A DNA stretch of 62,467 nucleotides. Origin: a virus. Its lineage: Duplodnaviria > Caudoviricetes. A program made the position numbers and the translations under genes. Below the pieces are notes generated by a model. It was given only the letters and a program-made list of their open reading frames with translations. It did no database searches and was not told the DNA's origin. The DNA is taken from the IMG/VR virus record IMGVR_UViG_3300045115_000277, positions 1-62,467 of that record, one strand, 5' to 3'. Positions 39,901 to 48,352 of this stretch are shown here, in pieces (the first letter of the stretch is position 1; each line of letters begins with the position of its first letter).

Positions 39901-42900
39901 ACCGGGAATGATCGTGCATCGGCCGGACGACATGGCCGAGCAACTCCAGCGCCTCATCCAGACAGTCCCGCAGGACGCCTATGCGACGGAGGCGCGAACC
40001 AAGCATATCAGCTTCGTGGCAAACCACACCGCTGACCGCGAAGGCGCTCTCACGAAGACCAAGGACGGGCTGTTCATCGTGCGCGGCGAGCATCTTGCTC
40101 CTGCGGCGGAGGTTGAGCGATATGCCGTCAAGGACGCGGCCAAGACCGCGCAGCGCGTCGATCAGCTGGAGCAGCTGGTGGACATGCGTCGCGCCTATGC
40201 GACGCTGATCGATGCCGAGCGGTCCGGCGACGCGGGGCCGGCGCGCAAGGCGCTGAAAGCGAGCTACGACGCTTTCACCAAGGCGCATGGCAAGCTCGCG
40301 GATGCGTTCGGCCTCGCCTATCTCCGCAAGATCGACGATCCCTTCTATCCGGCGCTGGCGGCGCTGGAGATCGACGGCAAGCCGGCCGCGATCCTGACCC
40401 GCAGCACGACGCGACCCGCACCGTCGATCGACAATCCGTCCATCGCCGAGGCGTTCGTCCTGGCGCGCAACAGCACGGTCAATCCGTCGCTCGACGACAT
40501 CGCGCAGCGTGCGCGGGTGGGCCGTGACGAGGCCAAGGCGGAGCTGCTCTCGACCGGTGCCGTGTTCGAGCTTCCCAACGGCGATGTCGCGCCCTCCGAC
40601 ATGTATCTGTCGGGCAATGTGCGCGAGAAGCTGCGACAGGCCAAGGCGGCGGTCGCGGAGGGGATGGCCCACCTTCAGCGCAACGTCGATGCACTGGCGG
40701 CCGTCGTGCCGGCGGACGTGCCCTATTTCAAGATTGAGACCCAGCTGGGCGCGACATGGATTTCGCCCTCCATCTATGCCGAGTTCGTCGGCCACATGCT
40801 GGGCCTGCCCAACGGCAACGATGTCGAGGTGCGTTACACCAGCGGCAGGTGGGCCGTGCGGCTGGAAGACCGGATCAAGAACCGGCCGGAAGCGCGCACG
40901 GGCTTCGGCACCGACGAATATAGCTTCCAGCGCCTCGTCAACGCCGCCTTCAGCAACCAGACCGTGACCATCCGCCGCCGCGACAGCGAGGGCGGGCAAT
41001 ATGTCGATCATGCCGCCACCGAAGAGGTGAACGGCAAGATCGCCGAAATGCGCACCAAGTTCGCCGACTGGCTGTGGAGCGATCCCGAGCGCCGCGTGGC
41101 GGTCGAGGCTGAGTATAACGAGGTTCGCAACGCGTTCGCGACGCCGCGCTTCGACGGCTCGTTCCTGCGGTTCGAGGGCATGGCGCTTTCGCTCGGCAAT
41201 GGCCCGTTCGACCTTCGCCAGCATCAGGCGGACGCCATCTGGCGCGCGCTCGTGTCGCGCCGGTCGCTCAACGCGCACGAAGTCGGCACCGGCAAGACCT
41301 TCACCATGGGCGGCATCGCGGTGGAAAGCCGGCGCTATGGCATCGCCCGCAAGCCGCTGATCTTTGCCCACAACGCCAACAGCAAGAGCGTGGCGGCCGA
41401 AATCCAGCAGATGTATCCTGCCGCCAAGATCCTCTATATCGACAATCTGACGCCGGCGACCATCGACGTGAAGATGCGCCAGATCGCGAACGATGACTGG
41501 GATGCCGTCGTCGTGCCGCACAGCCTCATCGACCGCTTCGCCTTCCGCGAAGAAACGCTGATGGACATGGCGCGCGAGGAAATCGCCGCGCTTGAGGAGG
41601 AAGCCTACGCCGCGGCGGCCGACGACGGCGCGACGCTCAAGGACGAAATGCTGGACGATCCCGAGGAGCTAAAAAAGCTCCGCTCTCCGACCGCCAAGGA
41701 ACTGGTGAAGCAGCGCCAGCGCATTATCGAGACGATCCGCAAGCAGTCGCATCGAGCCTCGCGCGAGGGCGCCATCTCCTTCGAGGAACTGGGCGTCGAC
41801 ATGGTGATGGTGGACGAGGCGCACGAGTTCAAGAAGCCGCCCATCAGCACGCGCATGAAGATGAAGGGGCTCAACACCTCGACGTCGGACCGCTCCATCG
41901 CTCTCTCCTTCCTGACGCGCTACGTCCGCGCGCAGAACGGCGGGGGCAACGTCCACCTGTTCACGGGCACGCCGGTCACGAACACGCTGACCGAAGTCTT
42001 CCACATGATGCGCTACATCATGCAGGAGGAGATGCAGGCCGCCGGCATCGACCAGTGGGACGGCTGGTTCGGCTCGTTCGCGCGCGAGGTGCTCGACGTC
42101 GAGCAGAACGCCGCCGCTGAATATGAAGCGGTGACGCGGCTCGCCGGGTTCATCAACGTGCCCGAGCTGCGGCGGATGATCGGCCAGTATATGGACACGG
42201 TCTTCGCGTCCGACATGCCGGAAATGCAGCCCCGCCGCACGAGATCGGGCAAGACCATGTCCGACGAGCTCACGGAAGCCGAGCGCGCGGAACTGCTGAA
42301 CGGGCGGACTGAGGGCGCGGCCGACCGTCCCTACAAGAAGGTCATCAACGTCACGTCCGACCTGACGCCGGCGCAGAAGGTGATTTTCGAGGAACTGCGC
42401 GGCTATGCCCGCGCCTGGCGTTCTATGTCCGGCAAGGAGCGACGCGAGGCAATGGCGGCCGGTGCGCCGGAATCGCCGATCATCACCGAGGGGCTGGCCA
42501 ACAAGGCCAGTTTCGACGTGCGTCTTTATGACGGCGAAGCAATCGCAGGACAGGAAGGTAAGATTGCCGACGACGAGGGCAGCAAGGCGTCCAGAGTGGT
42601 CGCGAACGTCAGGGAAATCTACGACAGTTCGCCGCTCGCCACCCAGGTCATTTTCGCCGAACAGGGGTTCTCGAACCGCGTGACGCGCAGTCTCGGCCGG
42701 GACGCCGATGGCAACCGGCAAACGAAGACGATTCCCTACTTCTCGACCATCCGCGACATCGTGGAGCGCCTTGTCGCGTCAGGCATCCCGCGCGCCGAGA
42801 TCGCGATCGTCGACGGCTCCACGACGAAGGACAAGCGCAAGGAGATTGCGCTGGCGATGAACGCGGCGACGATCCGCGTCGTCATCGGCAGCACCGGGAC

Positions 42901-45900
42901 GCTCGGCGTGGGCGTGAACATGCAGAAGAACCTGCGCGCCATGCACCATATGGACGCACCATGGATGCCGGGCGACCTGGAGCAGCGCAACGGGCGCGGG
43001 CAGCGGCAGGGCAACCAGTGGAACACCGTCCTCGAATATCGCTACCTGACCGACCGGCTGGACGGCCGGCGCTGGCAGGTGCTGGCGATTAAGCAGCGCT
43101 TCATCACCGCCTTCCTCAAGGCCGACGACAGCGCGCGCGTGATCGAGGGCGAGGCAGCGGCCGACGAGCAGAGCGACATCCTCCAGTCCTTCGCCGAAGC
43201 GGCCGGCGACCCGCGCATCCTGATCCGCGAGAAGCTGCGCAAGCAGCTTGACGGGGCGCAGCGGCGCGAGCGCCTCCATACGCAGGGGATCGCCAACGCG
43301 CTGGGTCAGGCTCGGCTGCTCACGAAGGCGGCGGACGACACCGAGGCCGACCTGGCCGACATCGACCGGCGTGGCGCGGTCGCGGCGGTGGACGCGCTCG
43401 TCGCCGCGAACGCGGGCAAAGGCTTCTCCATCACGGTCGACGGCAAGCGGCACGAGAAGCGCAAGGACGCGGACGACGCGATCGGCGACTGGGCCGCGTT
43501 CAATATGCGTGTGGGCGACGACGCGCGCGCGATTGGCCGTTTCGGCGAGCACGAATTGATGCTGGCATGGCCGGCGAACTCGGCCGAGCCCGAACTGCGC
43601 ATGACGATCGAGGGGCGCAAGTTCAGCGGCGGTTCGGTGCAAGGGCTTGAACAGTCGCTGCGCAAATTCTCGGCCGATGTCGAGCGCAGGCGGGGCCAGC
43701 TTGCCGAGCAGCGCGCGACCGTGGGACGTCTGGAAGCCGTAGCAAACGAGCCTTTCCATCTCGCGGCCGATCTCGACCGCTATGCCAAGGCGCTGACGGA
43801 CCTTGAGGCCGACATCCAGGCCAATCCGGTTCCCCCGCCCGCCTGGCTGCGCACCGGCGCGCCGGTCGACACGCCTGTCTTCTGGAAGGGTGCGGAGCTC
43901 ACCGTCGCGGGCCATCGCTGGACGGCGGAGGGTTGGTTCGTGCTGGCGAACGACGCCCGGGGCGACGTCGTCGTGCCCTATCTGGAGGCGAAGGACGCGC
44001 AGGGGATCAACCTCTATGAGGAGCGGCCGTTCGAAGCGCCGCAGTTGATCGAGAAGGAGGTGAAGACCGACCCGGCGCAGAGCGAGGAGAACCCGGCCGC
44101 CTACAGCATCGGCGCGCCGCGCGGCGGCGGCTTCACCTCGCCGGACGGCTTGCGGCAGCATCTGGAGGCAAGCCGCCTGGGCAGCTCCATCAAGGCGATG
44201 CTCGACGCCGGCAAGATCGTCCTGCACGCGGACGCGACGACACTGCCGATCGGCGCGCCGCGTGCGAGCATCCGCGACTTCCTCGACGGCGAAGCTGTCG
44301 CGACGCTGAGCGGGCAGGAGTTCGCGCCCGACGGCCGGCCGCTGACCGTCAAGGTGACGCAATGGTATGCGGAGCGTGGCGACGCGATCGTGGACACGCC
44401 CAACATCGGCCCGGTGACGCTCGATGCCGTGTCGGTAAAGAACTCCGTCTCCCACGGGCTGGGGCGAAGCAAATCCGCCGCCTTCGCTGCGGTGCCGGAA
44501 GTTCTTCGGCGTGGCAGGATCGTGCATAGCGAGCCGTGGCGTGGCGCGCGCGATGGCGCGATGGCCTATTTTGTCGCCGCCCCTATCCGGCTTGGCGACC
44601 AGGACATGATCGAAATCGTGATGATCCGGTCCGATTCGCACGGCGCGCGCATGTATGTCCATGAGGTGGCGGTGCGTGAAGTGCTCCGGCTCCCCGCCGT
44701 CAAGACCAGTGCAGATGCAGCCGAAGCTGGGGTGCGTGCTGGAGCGGGTGCCGGAGCAATTCGGACCATACTCGAAAATGTTTACGGAGCCAATACTATC
44801 GCGGACAAGGGGCGGAAGTCCGTCGATCAGGCCGCCGACATTCAGGGCGTCACGGCACCTGACGGAAGCATTCACCTTGTGGCGAACCAGCTTTCCAGCC
44901 GCACCGCCCTGCCCGTCCTGCTGCATGAAATGTTCCATGCCGGCGTGCGCCCGCTCATCGGCAATGCCAGTTGGACGGCGGCGCTTGGCCGACTGTCGGC
45001 GCTCTATCGGTCTGCCGCGCTGCGCGAGTCGACCGCCGACCGGGGCAACTCGGCTTATTGGCGCAAGGCGCTGGCGCGCGTGGACGTCGCCGCGCCGCCG
45101 CCCGGACAGGTCGTCGAGGAATTTGCCGCCTATGCACTGGAAGAGCGCGCGCTTGCGCCAGCCGGCGTGGGCGAGGCGCTGGACCGGCTGGTCGGCGCGC
45201 TCAAGGCGTGGCTGCTGCGGCGCTTCGGCGTGCAATTGGGGAAGATCACGCCGGCACAGCTTCAGGCACTCGCCACGGCCGCGCTGCGATCGGGCGTCAC
45301 CGCTCCTGTCGCTGACACGGCGTTCAGCCGCGTTGTGCCGGCGGCCGAGGACATCGACGCCGCGACCCCAGGCATGATCGCCAACCTCGTGACGAAGGCG
45401 ATGGACGGCAATATGAGCGTGCTCGGCGTCATTCCGCTGCGCCCACTGCTGTCCGAACTGGCCTCCCGCCTGCCCGCCGCTCGCGAATATCTCGCGCTCA
45501 AGCAGGCGATGGACCAGACGCGCGACAGCTGGCACGCGAAAGCCGACGCTGTGGCGCAGCCGTGGCTCAAGTTCCGCGTCCTGCACAAGGCCGAGAACGG
45601 CAAGCTGATGGACCTGATGCACGAGGCGACGCTCGCCGGCGTCGATCCCGCAAAGCCGTTCGCGTCGATCCTGACGCCGGCCGACCGTAAGGTGCTGGCG
45701 GACGGACCGGGCTCGGACATCTACGACGCCGCGGCGGAGAAGGCCGCCCGCGACGAGACGCGAAAGATCGCGCACGCGCGGCTGGTATCCCAGTTCACGG
45801 CGCTGACGGGGGAGGCGCAGCAGATCTACGCAACCGTGCGCGACACATATCGCGCGCTCTCCGAGGCCTTCGAACAGACGCTGCTCGACAACCTGTCCAA

Positions 45901-48175
45901 GGCGCTCGACATCAAGTTTCGTCAGGCGAAGCGGGCTTATGACGCGGAGCTGATCCGCATCGCCGACACCGACATGGCGCCAGAGGCGCGCGAACTCGCC
46001 CAGGCGCAAGCCGAACGCGAATGGGCGAAGCAGCGGCAGATGCAGGGGTGGGCCAAGGGCGCACGCATGACGCGCCTGCGCGCTTTCTTCGAGACCAACA
46101 ATCTGGCTGGCCCCTATTTCCCCCTCGCCCGCTTCGGCAACTTCTTCGTGACGGTGCGGGACAAGGAGACCGATCAGGTCATCAGCTTCTCTCGGTTCGA
46201 GCGGCCGGGCGAACAGCAGGCCTTCGCCAAGCAGATGAAGGAAGCCGGGCACATCGCGACGATGGGCGTGCTCGATGACGGCGGCGCGCTCAAGGCGCAG
46301 GTGGACGCCCGCTTCGTCACCGACATCGAATCAATCCTCGAAGGCGCGGACGTCAGCGACTCCGTACGGGACGCGGTCTGGCAGCGCTGGCTCGAAACCA
46401 TGCCCGACATGTCGATCCGAACGAGCCGCATCCACCGCAAGGGGCGCGCCGGCTTCTCGTCCGACGCGATCCGCGCTTTCGGGCATCACATGTTCCACGG
46501 CTCGCATCAGCTTGCGCGCCTCAAATACGCGCTCGATCTGGACGAGACCGTCGCGCTTGCGCGCGATCAGGCCAAGACGATGCCGGACCCGGTCCGCGCT
46601 GGCCTGATCGTCAACGAGATGGCCCGGCGCAATCAGTTCGTGATGAACCCGACAGGCGGGCCGCTTGCGCAGGCTCTGACGTCGGCCGCGTTCGTCTACC
46701 ACCTCTCGGTCAGCCCGGCGGCGGCGCTGGTGAACACGGCGCAGACCGCGGTGATGGGTATTCCGATCCTCGCGGCCTACGACAAGCGCGCCGGGCGCGG
46801 CGCGGCGCGGGCAGCGTTCGAACTCAACAAGGCGCTGCTCGACTTCACCGCGGGCAAGGGGCACGCGGCGCGCGCCGGGCGGCTCAGCGCGCAAGAGCGT
46901 GACGCCATGGAGCAAGCGTATGACACGGGCCTGATCGAGCGCACGCAATCCCACGATCTCGCAGGCGTGGGAGAAACCGGGGTGGAGTATAGCCCGGCTC
47001 GCACCAAGGTCATGGGTGCCATCAGCTGGGCGTTCCACCACACCGAGCGGATGAACCGCGAGGTAACGTTCCTCGCTGCCTATCGCATGGCCCGGCGGAA
47101 CGACGAACCGCACAACATGGCGATCGATCGGGCCGCCGAACTGACGTGGAAAATCCACTTCGACTACCAGAACACCAGCCGTCCGCGCATCATGCAGTCC
47201 GACACGGCCAAGGTGCTGCTGACCTTCCGCAACTTCCAGGTGAACATGCTCTGGAGGCTGTTCCGCGACGCCCATCAGGCGGTCAAAGGGCGGAGCAAGG
47301 ATGAGCGTCGCGAAGCACGCGTTCAGCTTGCCGGCGTGACGGGCATGATGATGCTCTCGGCCGGCGTGCGGGGCACCTGGCTCTACGGCGTCGCGATGGT
47401 GCTCGCTTCCATGTTCTTCGGCGATGATGCCGAGGACAAGTTCTCCAGCGCCATAATTGAGGCTCTGGGGCATCGGCTGGGCGGGATGGCACTTAACGGC
47501 GTTCCCGGCGATGTGCTGGGTATCGACCTGTCGCAGCGCATCGGTATGCCGGACCTCTGGTTCCGCTCGCCGGATCGCGAGCTCGAAGGCGCGACGGAGT
47601 TCGACTATTGGGCCATGCAGGTGCTTGGCGCGGGGGTCGGCATTCTCCGCAACGCGTGGACGGGGGTGTCGATGATCGCGGAGGGCAACACCTACCGCGG
47701 TGTCGAGACGATCATGCCCAAGTTCGCCAAGGATTTGATGCGCTCCTATCGCTACATGAGCGAGGGCGCACGCACGCTCAAGGGCGACCCTATCGTGGAG
47801 GACATGGACGTCGCTTCGGCCCTGAAGCAGGCGCTCGGCTTCACGCCGGCGGAACTGACGGAGCGCTACGACCAGAACCGGTCGATGAAGAACCACGAAC
47901 AGCGCATCCTTGATGAGCGCAGCCGCATCCTGTCGGACTTCGACCAAGCGCAGCGGGAGGGGCAATCGACTGCCGCGGTCGTTGACGCGATTGACAGCTT
48001 CAACCGCGCCAACCCGGACTATCCGATCACGGCGCGATCGCTGCGGCAGTCGATGCGGTCGCGGCAGCAGATGCGCGAGCGGAAGATCGGCGGCGTCTAT
48101 CTAAATCCGCGCCTCGCCGACCGGATGCGCGATGAAGCGCCCGAGCTGATCTACAGCGAGGACGACGACGAATGA
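33980..48175 (+). CDS. Giant DarB-like polyvalent virion protein (SLT, pyrophosphatase-like, N6-MTase, SNF2 helicase, nuclease-like, HExxH peptidase, PLxRFG); start probably GTG 33980 or TTG 33989
   Basis: QESRYNP...AKGLMQF; GADGDHVDVF...FDEHKVMVGF; LEPSMGIGNF, IGNWPF; HEVGTGKT, VDEAH, QRNGRGQRQGN; LLHEMFH; YFPLARFG. Confidence 0.9.
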   Translation: MHALAKSIFQLSPLDAETQRQAEADSASLSAPELPAIGAPPPLSIPALPAAPASAGSSVGRVPGAVKPPAALISAFEQAALKYDIPINIIMALGEQESRYNPMALGTPTQWGRAKGLMQFLDDTAARLGINPFDPLQSIDAAAMQLRQRLNKGYSMADAVKEHFAGPDRKKWGVKTARYGEEVLGRAARLREELAPRYERGPWYSPGAKPMKTDGRPVSADAIGAVIGGTKKAPPSLAATFENPHSAKSVIARYQSESQRLPNEGGISATRQPTGTLANALRGAATSSVEAFRQAGQGVRMQFEDAAGPTIDAWVERNMPGAPGLSLDEQRAAFGKTNTEQAFARSQDRAAAATPKFDSWLADAAYGGLQSIIQTAPGIATGIAFGPAAGLATLGGQTQAQSYAKYRSRGASPGMALAGGLGEGSVEIATEMLPMGWLAEKFGTVGLKRFMSEYLLREMPTEQVATFLQDAIDTAIANPDKTWGDFWDERADAAGKTAVATLMQSGAFAGANAALARVAREEVDQALGHPAPAASAVPAAPAERAVAPAAPAPEPAAPAPPPPAGPLGRALAQAPAPEPVQPPASAIVPDPVDPMTPLTPLTLATDGAEYSVRLLGETEDAIWVKTDSGEELQIPRADVASGAVQLLGPEAAPPQAVKEDLTAEAAPEQPAPAQVEPAAPAEAEAVDPETGEILAVPDAPTERPAPVAAAPKPVRSKPEPLDGMDEPQLRERLKYLATQARTNAGWTKPLLAERKRVEAAIDAMNAAQSGDDATAAIKEAEAKAATSPLNDRPEPTQAQKDAGNYAKGHVSIGGLDVSIENPAGTSRRPEWPPLKHSYGYVKRSEGADGDHVDVFLGPKAGDPTNPVFVVDQVNKDGTFDEHKVMVGFGDKGAARRGYLANYEKGWSGLGDITEMSFEAFRDWVKDGGRTNAPAGTKVGAATPSRDEASEQPVTATVSVSEPPVDAPPPPDQSPTAQAPTPAAQDVPPASEPKPSVRRETDKKNQNPYVRNGERYTLTADVDYLRAGGAYKVESAGKKSAFFANLETDGRTSVQNWRIERALKDGVMRRVDDPAPRPSARPAPAKEDVPRLIEEGFAANRAVLKNFKKGDAVEFDHGNFYRDGRSRTFSGTVDVVQSKEQGTIRVVSESGAAYSVQARNLRHRKSDDTQSPTRQFEGNKLFTADKVEAARARLKEKMNRINSGIDPEVLLDGIVITGAYIEAGVRKFGEYAAAMRADFGDRINPYLLSFWEGARNYPGLDTAGMSSPEESRAAHADLLSPGLPSQEAIALGTEVAKPKRKKAASTSRTLRDDWGVDHIDGWTPIEGGQNAETDFGLKGGVKDAFLADATAYMRAVAATLRPLGFSPHVGSKGKEANPVSRNAAGPAVSGDVSLHLRHASGANVYATIGATSMRGAVPTNSAGVSIMYRVSRKDGDKQATAGVNRWAPADLSAVDLADTIAWEVGRGKPELTRDVAEPEPAGQGRDRSGIPTPEAGRRNGDDPAARPDLGDLAEGQPEDVGEPAIAGPDGEDGVRGAGPDVAAAGRADEGGPADDGRARGSGTRGTAAGARDAGAGRQRPADDVAGRAPVSQEPVARADGPAKRRRADSVGEPDLFQDAPELSAAPLAPLSPAKTGPGNFHIANPLEIVGGGPVARFDRNRQAIETYNAIRDEGRAATAEEQRILAGYTGWGSFGQELFQGTWARPMPKDSWQERDRWLRDHLGKEEWESAQRSITNAHYTDPPTVMAMWAMMQRMGFKGGRVLEPSMGIGNFFGMMPADLQSRSQLAGIELDSLTGGMAQLLYPDANVRVMGYQESRTPDDFYDVVIGNWPFENTVIADRLYDRLSPYLHDYFFLKALDQVRPGGIVMGITSSGSMDKKATGVRRELARKGELVAAFRLPSGAFAEYAGTKVVTDIVILRKRVEPISLADGEGWINSVPYQTPNGEVHINEYYVANPSHVIGTIDFGHGTTRGQPGMIVHRPDDMAEQLQRLIQTVPQDAYATEARTKHISFVANHTADREGALTKTKDGLFIVRGEHLAPAAEVERYAVKDAAKTAQRVDQLEQLVDMRRAYATLIDAERSGDAGPARKALKASYDAFTKAHGKLADAFGLAYLRKIDDPFYPALAALEIDGKPAAILTRSTTRPAPSIDNPSIAEAFVLARNSTVNPSLDDIAQRARVGRDEAKAELLSTGAVFELPNGDVAPSDMYLSGNVREKLRQAKAAVAEGMAHLQRNVDALAAVVPADVPYFKIETQLGATWISPSIYAEFVGHMLGLPNGNDVEVRYTSGRWAVRLEDRIKNRPEARTGFGTDEYSFQRLVNAAFSNQTVTIRRRDSEGGQYVDHAATEEVNGKIAEMRTKFADWLWSDPERRVAVEAEYNEVRNAFATPRFDGSFLRFEGMALSLGNGPFDLRQHQADAIWRALVSRRSLNAHEVGTGKTFTMGGIAVESRRYGIARKPLIFAHNANSKSVAAEIQQMYPAAKILYIDNLTPATIDVKMRQIANDDWDAVVVPHSLIDRFAFREETLMDMAREEIAALEEEAYAAAADDGATLKDEMLDDPEELKKLRSPTAKELVKQRQRIIETIRKQSHRASREGAISFEELGVDMVMVDEAHEFKKPPISTRMKMKGLNTSTSDRSIALSFLTRYVRAQNGGGNVHLFTGTPVTNTLTEVFHMMRYIMQEEMQAAGIDQWDGWFGSFAREVLDVEQNAAAEYEAVTRLAGFINVPELRRMIGQYMDTVFASDMPEMQPRRTRSGKTMSDELTEAERAELLNGRTEGAADRPYKKVINVTSDLTPAQKVIFEELRGYARAWRSMSGKERREAMAAGAPESPIITEGLANKASFDVRLYDGEAIAGQEGKIADDEGSKASRVVANVREIYDSSPLATQVIFAEQGFSNRVTRSLGRDADGNRQTKTIPYFSTIRDIVERLVASGIPRAEIAIVDGSTTKDKRKEIALAMNAATIRVVIGSTGTLGVGVNMQKNLRAMHHMDAPWMPGDLEQRNGRGQRQGNQWNTVLEYRYLTDRLDGRRWQVLAIKQRFITAFLKADDSARVIEGEAAADEQSDILQSFAEAAGDPRILIREKLRKQLDGAQRRERLHTQGIANALGQARLLTKAADDTEADLADIDRRGAVAAVDALVAANAGKGFSITVDGKRHEKRKDADDAIGDWAAFNMRVGDDARAIGRFGEHELMLAWPANSAEPELRMTIEGRKFSGGSVQGLEQSLRKFSADVERRRGQLAEQRATVGRLEAVANEPFHLAADLDRYAKALTDLEADIQANPVPPPAWLRTGAPVDTPVFWKGAELTVAGHRWTAEGWFVLANDARGDVVVPYLEAKDAQGINLYEERPFEAPQLIEKEVKTDPAQSEENPAAYSIGAPRGGGFTSPDGLRQHLEASRLGSSIKAMLDAGKIVLHADATTLPIGAPRASIRDFLDGEAVATLSGQEFAPDGRPLTVKVTQWYAERGDAIVDTPNIGPVTLDAVSVKNSVSHGLGRSKSAAFAAVPEVLRRGRIVHSEPWRGARDGAMAYFVAAPIRLGDQDMIEIVMIRSDSHGARMYVHEVAVREVLRLPAVKTSADAAEAGVRAGAGAGAIRTILENVYGANTIADKGRKSVDQAADIQGVTAPDGSIHLVANQLSSRTALPVLLHEMFHAGVRPLIGNASWTAALGRLSALYRSAALRESTADRGNSAYWRKALARVDVAAPPPGQVVEEFAAYALEERALAPAGVGEALDRLVGALKAWLLRRFGVQLGKITPAQLQALATAALRSGVTAPVADTAFSRVVPAAEDIDAATPGMIANLVTKAMDGNMSVLGVIPLRPLLSELASRLPAAREYLALKQAMDQTRDSWHAKADAVAQPWLKFRVLHKAENGKLMDLMHEATLAGVDPAKPFASILTPADRKVLADGPGSDIYDAAAEKAARDETRKIAHARLVSQFTALTGEAQQIYATVRDTYRALSEAFEQTLLDNLSKALDIKFRQAKRAYDAELIRIADTDMAPEARELAQAQAEREWAKQRQMQGWAKGARMTRLRAFFETNNLAGPYFPLARFGNFFVTVRDKETDQVISFSRFERPGEQQAFAKQMKEAGHIATMGVLDDGGALKAQVDARFVTDIESILEGADVSDSVRDAVWQRWLETMPDMSIRTSRIHRKGRAGFSSDAIRAFGHHMFHGSHQLARLKYALDLDETVALARDQAKTMPDPVRAGLIVNEMARRNQFVMNPTGGPLAQALTSAAFVYHLSVSPAAALVNTAQTAVMGIPILAAYDKRAGRGAARAAFELNKALLDFTAGKGHAARAGRLSAQERDAMEQAYDTGLIERTQSHDLAGVGETGVEYSPARTKVMGAISWAFHHTERMNREVTFLAAYRMARRNDEPHNMAIDRAAELTWKIHFDYQNTSRPRIMQSDTAKVLLTFRNFQVNMLWRLFRDAHQAVKGRSKDERREARVQLAGVTGMMMLSAGVRGTWLYGVAMVLASMFFGDDAEDKFSSAIIEALGHRLGGMALNGVPGDVLGIDLSQRIGMPDLWFRSPDRELEGATEFDYWAMQVLGAGVGILRNAWTGVSMIAEGNTYRGVETIMPKFAKDLMRSYRYMSEGARTLKGDPIVEDMDVASALKQALGFTPAELTERYDQNRSMKNHEQRILDERSRILSDFDQAQREGQSTAAVVDAIDSFNRANPDYPITARSLRQSMRSRQQMRERKIGGVYLNPRLADRMRDEAPELIYSEDDDE
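38397..38807 (+). CDS. Putative nested gene (+1 frame) inside the giant gene, 136 aa
   Basis: GGAG SD, ATG 38397; natural helical sequence with mostly G/C third positions, while the host frame there is a G/A/D/R low-complexity linker. Confidence 0.65.
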   Translation: MSQNPNQLDKAAIEAEFRRLKQDGVMETIPLRDRILATWQKDSPRMWANLQSQGLTEKMAFVVQARMWQRQDELMKAGLPMTDAREEAEREELLLEPETQEPDDSDLPTTLQDAPPYLKSQWREQMALLSDDAPTA

Positions 48176-48183
48176 CGCTCAAT

Positions 48184-48210
48184 GGGGCCGGCGCGACCGG
48201 CCCCGCATTT
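48184..48210 (+). terminator. Putative terminator after the giant gene
   Basis: GGGGCCGG/CCGGCCCC stem followed by GCATTT. Confidence 0.55.
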
Positions 48211-48214
48211 GCGA

Positions 48215-48352
48215 TTGTGGCAACCCTGCTGATCGGCTAGATTCCGGTCTCATTCAATCGCGCATGAGTGCGGTCCAACAGGGCTGGCAACGTGACGCGA
48301 AATCTCTCCCACAACCTGCACATGCCGACGGCCGCCGAGCGGAGGCCGTCCT
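48215..48352 (+). promoter_or_regulatory. Lysis leader: TTGTGG-17-TAGATT, box 48260-48270, uORF and SD-hiding hairpin
   Basis: UGCGGUCC 48269-76/GGGCUGGCA 48281-89; GACGGCC 48327-33/GGCCGUC 48344-50 covers GGAGG. Confidence 0.7.

Noticed and set aside
42779-46252. 1157-aa and other long antisense ORFs (e.g. 39335-41521, 16892-18607)
   Set aside because: Shadow ORFs of high-GC coding strands with no motifs or SD
16962-48266. The ATG inside each late box as a conserved leader-peptide or gene start
   Set aside because: Out of frame with every downstream gene, no SD, and the resulting ORFs differ in length and sequence
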